Source: Conidiobolus incongruus B7586
Lineage: Eukaryota
Assembly: GCA_000697335.1 (NCBI GenBank)
Contig: JNEM01013732.1
Location: forward strand, 1-64,000
Reading direction: 5' to 3'
Length of the DNA: 64,000 bases
Under the pieces are notes generated by a model that ran no database searches, was not told where the DNA came from, and saw nothing but the letters and a program-made list of their open reading frames with translations. Shown here piece by piece: positions 55,792 through 64,000 of this stretch. How positions within the stretch are numbered: the first letter of the stretch is position 1; each line of letters begins with the position of its first letter. The translations under genes were made by a program, and so were the position numbers.

Positions 55792-57305
55792 CACTAACCT
55801 GCAAAAATGAGTTATAAAATCAAAAACACCTATATTTTTACTAATAACTTGATTAATATTTAATAAAATAAACCTAAATTAAATAATTAAAATCTATTAT
55901 ATTTATTAGTTATATATATCATTAAATGATGATATTTAGTTATTAATTGGCTAAAATATAAACCCTTAAATTTTACCTAAGGTGAGTTATAAATTTACAG
56001 GTTTTTGGTGATAAAAAAAAATTAAAACCTAGTGTATCTACCTTTAACTTTTCTAACTTCTTTAAGTTTGTAGGGTATAGAATCAACTAACTTTTTACAT
56101 TAAAAAAAGTTAATCTTGTTCTATACTTCTTAAACATATTTTTAAAGTTGATTTAAATTTTTTATTGGGGGGAAAGCTTTAATAACTTTTTTAACTAATC
56201 TTAAAGGTATTTAATTAGATTAAAGTTAAAAGATTAAAAAAACCACTTTATAACTATTATCTTGTTATTTTTAAGTTATTTGGTAGTAAAAGTTATAGTA
56301 TAGTAAAAAGTATTATCTTACTAGAAAATAACATCAGATTTATTTAACCTATATTATTCAATGGTTTTTTTTAATTCATTGTTTAGAATATTTTAATATA
56401 TTTCAATATTAATTCCCTTATTAATTTTATAAATATACCTTATACCTAAAGATAATATACATCCCTAAATAATAATTAACCTATTATTATACTTTTAAGT
56501 AAAATTAACATAATAGTTATAAAGTAGTTTTGTATCTTTTCTAAAACATCTAGCTTTTTTATTAAATCCATTAAAGTATATTTTTGCTTCATTAGATTAA
56601 ATAACTTTATTTTAATTAGTTTTAATTTAATATTAGTAGCAATATTTAAACTTTTACCTAACTTTATAGTAAGATTTTTTTAGTTGGGGGTGTTTTTTCT
56701 TAAGGTGTAAGTGGTATCTATATTAATATAAAATATATATAATAATATTAGTGTTAACTAATATTCTTATATAGTTTTATAGTTCCTATTATATTTTTAC
56801 AATAGTATTATATTTACTTGTATTAACTAACCTACAAATATACTTTTTATCATATTCATCTATAATTTTAATACACTTAAGTTTAAGTTTAAATGTTTTT
56901 TTATTGTTATTCTTAACAGCTTTAACTATAATAAATTAGCTAACACTAGTAATTCTAATAATATCATAAGTTGATTTATCTTTTTTATAAAGTTAATTAA
57001 TACACAAGTAAATTTTTTTAAAGAGGGATTTAAGTATAATAATACTAATAAAAAAATTTAGTATATCTGTAAAATATTATATAAAATAATAACAAAGAGA
57101 GAAAAAAGATATGGTTATATATTATTAAATATATCCTTTTATCTCAAAAACCCACAAATTTATAACTCACCTTAGTTAAATATTAAAGGTTAATATTTTT
57201 GCTAATAGTTTACTAAATATATCTAAATATATTTATCTATTATTAAATAATATACTTTAATATATATATTGATTTTATATAATTTATAAGATTTTTAAAA
57301 AGTAT
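55792..57305 (-). mobile_element. Degenerate Tc1-family (DD34E) DNA transposon with terminal inverted repeats
   Basis: Minus-strand relic ORF ~57037-56022 contains KVI*SNE (VIWSDE), VIF**DN (FQQDN), WFF*SFNFNLIKYL* (WPPQSPDLNPIEHLW) and ends KLVDSIP..LKEVRKVKGRYTRF*. D2-to-E spacing is 34 residues. Inverted repeats at ~55932-56016 and ~57137-57221. Outer ends are approximate. Confidence 0.85.
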
Positions 57306-57695
57306 AGAAAATATTAATTATAAATTTGCAATAGTTATCAATATGAAATATTATAATCAAAATCTATTTTTGATATAGGTATTGTTTATTATATATTAGT
57401 GATTTTATATTTAAAATAAACTTATATTTATATTCTGATAGAATAATGATTATATTAATATAATATTTAGATAATTATAAATATAATTCAAGAATCTAAT
57501 TTACCTAAATATAGATTTTTAGTGATATATCAATTATGAAAATTAATATCATTATAACAAAAAATCTAATAATTAATTATTAGTTAAAATTCAAAAAAAA
57601 AACTAATATAATTTTTAATTCAAATAATAAGAATATAAAAATTTTTAATCAAAAAATAAATCTTGATAATATTATAAATTTCAATTTAATATTAA

Positions 57696-57947
57696 TATTT
57701 GGATTTAAACTTATTTTATTAAAAGGGATCCTCTAAAAAGATAAAAAGTATTTAATAAAAAAGTTAAAAAGATAAGTAAAAAATAAAAAAAGAGTAAAGT
57801 TAAAATTAATAAAAATAAAGGAGGGGGTTTATTTAAGAGAGTTAAATGGTTTAAATATTTCAAACTTATTAAATAATAGATTAATAAAGTGTACTATTTA
57901 GAATATCATAAATTCTTAAAATAAAAAGTTAAAATACTCCTTTATTA
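57696..57947. repeat. Degenerate LTR-like repeat, copy 1
   Basis: Aligns along its length with 58405-58656; differences are mostly G/A and C/T. Confidence 0.75.
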
Positions 57948-58404
57948 CCTTATCTTTTTAAAGCTAAAGTTTTATTTAACTTGAATTAAAAATCTTTTAA
58001 TAAAATAATTAATTAAAAAATAAAAAATATCTTTACATTTATTATATTATTATTAATTTAATAAAATAAATAGGTTATAAGTATTTAAAAATATAATAAT
58101 GAATATATATAAATTATAAATTTAAATAAAAAAGATAAACAAAAGTTAGGTAATATATTAACTTAATAATATATAATAAGATAAATAAACTAGGTTTAAA
58201 AGTATAAGATTCATAACTTAAGCAAAGCTTATAAATTTAGGATTATTACCCATTATGTGAAAATTCTAAAATAGGTAAAATAGTGAAAAAATATAAAAGT
58301 CTTGAAATAAAGATATAAGGTAAGATATTATAAATTAGATGATTATCTTAATTAGATTAACTACTCTCAAGATATCTATAGTAATCCCTAGTAGAATCAT
58401 CACT

Positions 58405-58656
58405 TGTTAGGGTTTAAACTTGCCTTATTAAGAGGAATCCTATAAAAAAAATAAAAAGTATTAGGTAAAAAAATTAAAAAGATAAGTAAAAGATAAAAAA
58501 AGAGTAAAGTTAAAGTTAATAGAAATAAAAAAGGATTTATTTAAGAAAGTTAGATGGTTTAAATATTTCAAACTTATCAAACAATAGCTTATAAAATATA
58601 TTATCTAGAATATCAAAGTTCTTAAAACAAAGAGTTAAAACACCCCCTCATTAATA
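58405..58656. mobile_element. Putative solo LTR (copy 2) with a 5-bp target-site duplication
   Basis: Begins TGTTAG and ends TTAATA (TAACA after one C>T change). Flanked by TCACT at 58400-58404 and 58657-58661. Confidence 0.65.
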
Positions 58657-60449
58657 TCACTCTGTCATTTTTATAATATATCTCAGGAAATATATAATTT
58701 ATACTATTGAAAAAATATAAAAAAGGTTATTGAATGATAAAATAAGATTTTTAATAATTTCAATTCAATATATAACAATTATAATTCTATCAAACTTTGC
58801 TTATAATAAAAATTTTTAATTTAAATATCATTCTCTATAATACAAAATTAAATATTTTATTTATTCAATTGTTTTATTGATTGATTAAATATGATAAATA
58901 TAGTATATTATAAATATTTATTAATTTAATATTTTGAAATTAATTATATAAACAAAATATTTGTAGGCTTATAAATTTGATATATTATAAAAGTTTTGTT
59001 TTAACTATTTGAACCATTATTTAATTATCAAGACTTATTCAACTAAACAAAAATAAAAAATTTAAAAATTTAATAAATTTATGGTAATATATTATTACTG
59101 CTATAATATATATATCTGAAAGCATATATAGGCTGATTTTTAAAATTTAAATTTTTTTTGTATTTTATAACTAAATTAGATGATTATAGAATCCAAAAAT
59201 TCGTTCCAAATGTTTTTAAAAGATATATATATATAACTCATTTTCCATAAAATCATACAAGAAATATTGGGATATTATTAGTAATGTATGAGAGTAAATC
59301 TATAAGTTAATTGAAAATATATTCAAAATCTAGTTCCTAGTTTATTTTATAAAAAATCAATTATTGAAATACAGTTATATTTAAAACATAATAGTATTGG
59401 TTTTAATCAATTAATTGTTATATTTTTTAATAATTAAACACACACGTATATATTGAGATCAAATACATATATTAAAATTTTTAGCTAATTTTCACAAAGC
59501 ATAAGGATAGTAATAAAAAATAAACTGCATTTATTCAATTATAATATCAATCGAACCTAGGTATTTGTAAGGAAAATTAAATAAGTCGCAATTTAAAGTT
59601 TACTAAAATTGTAAATATTTCATTTAATTCATTTTTCAAAGGTCAGTAAAAAAATTAAGTTTCAATTTTGTTTAAATTATTATTTATAATAATTTTAAAG
59701 TTGAAAAATTTTGGCAAAATATTAATCAATATAGTGATAATATGACAGGTTTAATTAATATTATATATTTTTATTTGTTTAATATTAAATATACTTAAAA
59801 ATATTATATTTTTTGAATTTATTTCATATAAATTACTTTGCAATAATAGATTTTATTTTATTTTAATTAATATAATATTTCATCATTTCATGATATCTAC
59901 ATATTAATTAAAATTATAGTTGCTCAATGTAAATGATTGGAGAGAAAGTGATGGAAAAGGCAAGAATTAAGTTTCAAGTTGGAACGATCGTCACAACATA
60001 TCTTCCTGATTCAGCCTCGTCAACTTAGTTACGAATTTTAGATTGTTATTGAGGCGGATTTATTCCTTTTTGAATTTTAGAATAAAAAGTGAAAATGGTT
60101 AATAAAATTTTTTATATGATAGGGTAATTTTATGAATTAAACCAATTAAATCGACCAATTATATTGGGTAAGGAATTGAAAAATGATTAGATAATTCCCT
60201 TAAACCCAAGTTCAATATCTTGACCAACCAAATAGCGAAAATGTTGTTGGATTGACACTATATAAATAAACAACAGTCCTAATAATCTTTAATTTTTCTA
60301 AACTATTTATTCTTCAGTTATTTAAATTTAAAATTATCATTTAACCTTTGATAATTTTATACTATTTTTTAATTGTTTAGTATTAAATATTTAATATTTT
60401 TGTGTTGTTTTGGTTATTGGACCCTTTTTTTTCTAAATTTTGAGATAAA

Positions 60450-60731
60450 ATGAACGCAGTCAGCGAACATCGTCTTAAAAAGTTACTCGATCAAACTGAA
60501 AGACTTAAGCAACAGTTGAGTTTACCTAGAGTTACTGTATCTGAAGCTAGCCAGTCGTAAGTTATATATTTATGTTTAATCTCATTTCCTTGATATTAAT
60601 TTATCATTGAATTTAGACTTATAAAATTTGCTACAACTACTGTTGACCCACTACTTCCTTCCATTTGGGGGTCGCAAGCTGGTAATAACCCTCTCAACGC
60701 ACAGTCCGGTGGCTGTTGTTCAATTGCGTAA
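60450..60731 (+). CDS. Heterotrimeric G-protein gamma subunit (73 aa); intron 60557-60616
   Basis: Spliced product MNAVSEHRLKKLLDQTERLKQQLSLPRVTVSEASQSLIKFATTTVDPLLPSIWGSQAGNNPLNAQSGGCCSIA has a GGL domain (DPLLPS.WG, NP) and a CCaaX prenylation end. Not present in the ORF track in the correct frame. Confidence 0.93.
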
Positions 60732-62459
60732 TTCTTTTATATATGTAGGAACTGTTCAATTCGCGACCTGTGTACAACATTTGTTGAACGTATTAAAATT
60801 TCTTATCCATTTTCTCTATTATCAACACTGTTGAACAAAACCATCCTTTGTGGTCGACCTAGTATCGTTGAACATTGTAAGGACTTTGTTGAATTAAGTT
60901 TATATATTGAAATTATTATTTCAATATTTTTTGTTAATATATTAGTAATTTCAGTTTAAATATATATTTTATTTTTTATTGTTAATATTTATAATATTTG
61001 TTTTGATATTAAATGTTTAGTTAAGTGTAACATATATTGTCAAGATAATAGTTGTATCTGGTTTTATTTTTATTATTAATTTAGCAAAATATTAATATAT
61101 GGGATATTAAAATATATCTATTTACACCTCATTCATCATGATTGCATTATTATATAGTCAAGTACTATTAAGATATTTAATTCTTTCTGTAGTTAAGCTT
61201 ATAATGTGATACTCTAAACAACTAATCTAACAATTTAGATGATAATTATTCTGAAAAATCGATTTCTCAAAACATCGAGTTAGGGACTTGAATAAAAGGG
61301 GTAAATTGATTAATTTTAGCATTTGGAGATTAGCATCACTCAGTTGGCATACATTATTCCCTAATATTAAAGGTTAGAACTAACGAGTTGGGTTAAATCT
61401 TGAATTATCTAAATCAATAACTCAATTCTTTTTCATTTACATAGATATAATTTGATGTATTATATTAATCTTGAACTGAATGAATGCAAGTTATTTTTCA
61501 AATTTGAAAAAAGTAAATATGAATTATCCACAAAATAAATAATAAAAATATCTACAATTATTGAAATAGTGGACATTTTCATTCATAAACTAATTGGCAA
61601 TATCCCTAAACATTATTATTTAATATTAGTTAATTTGATTTGAATTAAAAAAGAAAAATTTTGTGAGATAATACATTCTAAATATTTCTTATTATTTCAC
61701 ATCTAATATTGTTAATAAATCAATTCTATCGTGCAAATTATCATTTTCTTTAAAATGCACTAATAGGATAGTGCAGTTAATTACCAAAATATTCATTAAT
61801 AAAATTGAATTCGTATATGAATTTATTTTTATATCATCAATTAAATCAGTGTTTTAAATATTTTAAAATATTATAAAACTTTTGTACCAAATATTAAAAT
61901 TACTTCAAAGATCGAAAAATCGATATAATTATAACTTAAAATTTGATCACATATAATCTATTATGGATATATATTTATATTCTATATATCTTTAAATTTA
62001 GCTGTAGGCAATAGAACAATATAGTACTCTAATATGATCAGAAATATCTTGGTCTGGGCTAATATGCTAACCTATTTTAAAAATAAAAGTTAGATTAAAA
62101 ATATTTAATTGATATATACTTTAATTTTAGTAGTTGATGTAAATTCGAGTTAATAATTATACCAAATATAACATTTTTTTCCTGCAAAATTGATAAATTA
62201 ATTTTCAAAATAATTACAATTAAAATTATAAATTTATATTAATAAATTGATTGATTTTAAAATTCTTTAATGAATTTTTACAAATATAAAATTTTTAAAC
62301 CTTAGTATTAATTTTAAATCAAAAAGAGTTTATCATACAAAAAATATCAAGAGTTAAAAAAGAAATCACTGTTATATAAATTAACATATCAAATAGTGTT
62401 ATTTTAAGTAGTATTGGTTAAATCATTGTGTGTTGCTGGATAATATCTAATTACTTAGC

Positions 62460-63890
62460 TTAGAAATGGTTAGAGAAAGCTTGATTCAAGGAGGTGTTCT
62501 CGTCCACGAAAGCTGCTTTAAATGATTTGTCATTGTGAACAAAATTAGTTCCTCCGTTATTTACTTCGAGACTGCGTTTCCACCAGAATGGATGAGCACC
62601 TGTTACTTGAGATGCTTGGGTAAGAGAGTCATTTTCAGCGAGTTTGGCAACTTTTGTGGATTTATCATTGAAAACAACGTTAGTTCCGTCATTGTTGACT
62701 TGAAGACTGCGTTTCCACCAGAAAGGATGGGTTCCTGTTGCTTGAGATACTTGGCTAACAGAGTCATTTTCGGTAAAATCAGCAACTTTCAACGACTTAT
62801 CATTGACCACAAAGTTGGTTCCGGTGTTAGATACTCCCATTGAACGTCTATTCAATTGGCTACCAGAGACGCCAGAGGCAGTAGTACTTAAAGTGAGAGC
62901 GTTACTCATTCCGTTATTGATTACATCTCCTTGGTTAGTTGATTGGACATTAGTGCTTTGATCACGGAAGTTGGCAGCTAGACTAGATGGATCGTTGATT
63001 TGTGCACGACGAGCAAAGATTTGGTTATCTACGCCCTGAGCTTCGGCAGTTGCGAGGATTTTGTTGAATAATCCATTGTTAGCGGAATCTCCAAAATTAT
63101 TAGTGTTGAAATTGATAGATTCATCACTGAGTACCCTTCCAATATTTCCTTGGCTATTTCCCTGGGAACGTTTGAACAAACTGTTTGCAACACCACTAGC
63201 AGATGCAAGTGAATTGACAACATTTCCTATTCCGTTATTGGCGGAATCTCCCATGTTTTGGGTACGAATGTTGGATGAGGAATCGCGAGCTACAGATCCA
63301 ATGTTGCCTTCGTCGTTTACTTGGCCACGTCTAGAAAGTACTCCGTTACTAACTCCAGCTGCTGAAGCAGCAGCGTTTACAACGTTAGCAACGCCATTGT
63401 TAACTGAATCACCGAAGTTCTGGGAGTTGAAATTGAAGGATTCATCACGTGCAACAGATCCAATATTGCCCATGCTGTTACCTTGACTACGTCTAGCAAG
63501 TACTCCGTTACTAACTCCAGCTGCTGAAGCAGCAGTGTTTACAACGTTAGCAACACCATTGTTAACTGAATCACCGAAATTCTGGGAGTTGAAATTGAAA
63601 GATTCATCACGTGCAACAGATCCAATATTGCCCATGCTGTTACCTTGGCTACGTCTAGCAAGTACTCCATTACTAACTCCAGCTGCAGCAGCGGCTGTCT
63701 GAACGACATTAGCCACGCCATTATTAACTGAATCACCGAAGTTCTGGGAGTTGAAATTGAAAGATTCATCCCTTAAAACGGTTCCAATATTTCCCTGGCC
63801 ATTAGTCTGACTTCTTCGAAGTAAAGGACTGGCATTCGTACCAAGCATTAAAGTACAAACGAGAGCAGAAAGAATATTTTGAGGAAACAT
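62460..63890 (-). CDS. Secreted Kex2-processed repeat polyprotein (KEP-like) with nine peptide units
   Basis: Signal peptide, then SPLLRR, six 53-54-aa repeats ending RR/KR, two 45-aa repeats ending HPFWWKR, and a truncated terminal unit. Intronless, 476 aa. Confidence 0.85.
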   Translation of the reverse strand: MFPQNILSALVCTLMLGTNASPLLRRSQTNGQGNIGTVLRDESFNFNSQNFGDSVNNGVANVVQTAAAAAGVSNGVLARRSQGNSMGNIGSVARDESFNFNSQNFGDSVNNGVANVVNTAASAAGVSNGVLARRSQGNSMGNIGSVARDESFNFNSQNFGDSVNNGVANVVNAAASAAGVSNGVLSRRGQVNDEGNIGSVARDSSSNIRTQNMGDSANNGIGNVVNSLASASGVANSLFKRSQGNSQGNIGRVLSDESINFNTNNFGDSANNGLFNKILATAEAQGVDNQIFARRAQINDPSSLAANFRDQSTNVQSTNQGDVINNGMSNALTLSTTASGVSGSQLNRRSMGVSNTGTNFVVNDKSLKVADFTENDSVSQVSQATGTHPFWWKRSLQVNNDGTNVVFNDKSTKVAKLAENDSLTQASQVTGAHPFWWKRSLEVNNGGTNFVHNDKSFKAAFVDENTSLNQAFSNHF

Positions 63891-64000
63891 TTTAATTAAA
63901 ACTCTAAAATTCGAAGATCACCAAACTAATTATTGAGTAATATTAACTACAACTGCACTTTGCGGTATATATAACAATATAGATAATCCGATAACCCGTC

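Noticed and set aside
25589..57037. Stop-codon reassignment (TAA/TAG read as Gln) to explain in-frame stops
   Set aside because: All conserved genes have uninterrupted frames and end in TAA, TAG or TGA; internal stops occur only in relics and also replace Trp.
59952..59966. Minus-strand TTCTTGCCTTTTCCA resembling U5 snRNA loop I
   Set aside because: Lacks the invariant A of GCCUUUUAY and has no closing stem or Sm site.
60628..60834. 68-aa ORF
   Set aside because: Wrong frame of G-gamma exon 2 plus 3' UTR.
62535..63769. Repetitive antisense and alternative-frame ORFs; possible CRISPR-like periodicity
   Set aside because: Explained by the 162-nt and 135-nt coding repeats of the KEP gene; no repeat-spacer structure, and the context is eukaryotic.
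19328..63890. Tyrosinase plus KEP as a dikaritin-type RiPP cluster
   Set aside because: The genes are 42 kb apart with housekeeping genes between; no DUF3328/UstY, peptidase or transporter gene; repeats lack Tyr-containing short cores.

Overview
Very AT-rich eukaryotic (fungal) genomic DNA using the standard genetic code, with many short (~45-60 nt) GT-AG introns. Gene content and composition suggest an early-diverging fungus, possibly Conidiobolus-like Zoopagomycota (inference only). Housekeeping genes: MPE1/RBBP6, ASNSD1-like, RPS28, PMP3, SQS1-like, CBP80, NOC2, FCP1, phosducin-like protein, ATP5/OSCP, a G-protein gamma subunit and three tRNAs. Other genes: a secreted tyrosinase, a Bni4/Phactr-like PP1 regulator, a P2X-family channel with a non-canonical ligand site, and several orphans. 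Highlights: (1) a secreted Kex2-type polyprotein (62460-63890) predicted to release nine N/Q/G/S-rich repeat peptides of two related classes; (2) a full-length DD34E Tc1 transposon relic whose catalytic motifs differ from consensus only by C>T/G>A changes (RIP-like hypermutation), next to two similarly mutated LTR-like copies, one with a 5-bp target-site duplication; (3) the P2X receptor; (4) a pseudogenised secreted protein and small spliced genes missed by the ORF track.
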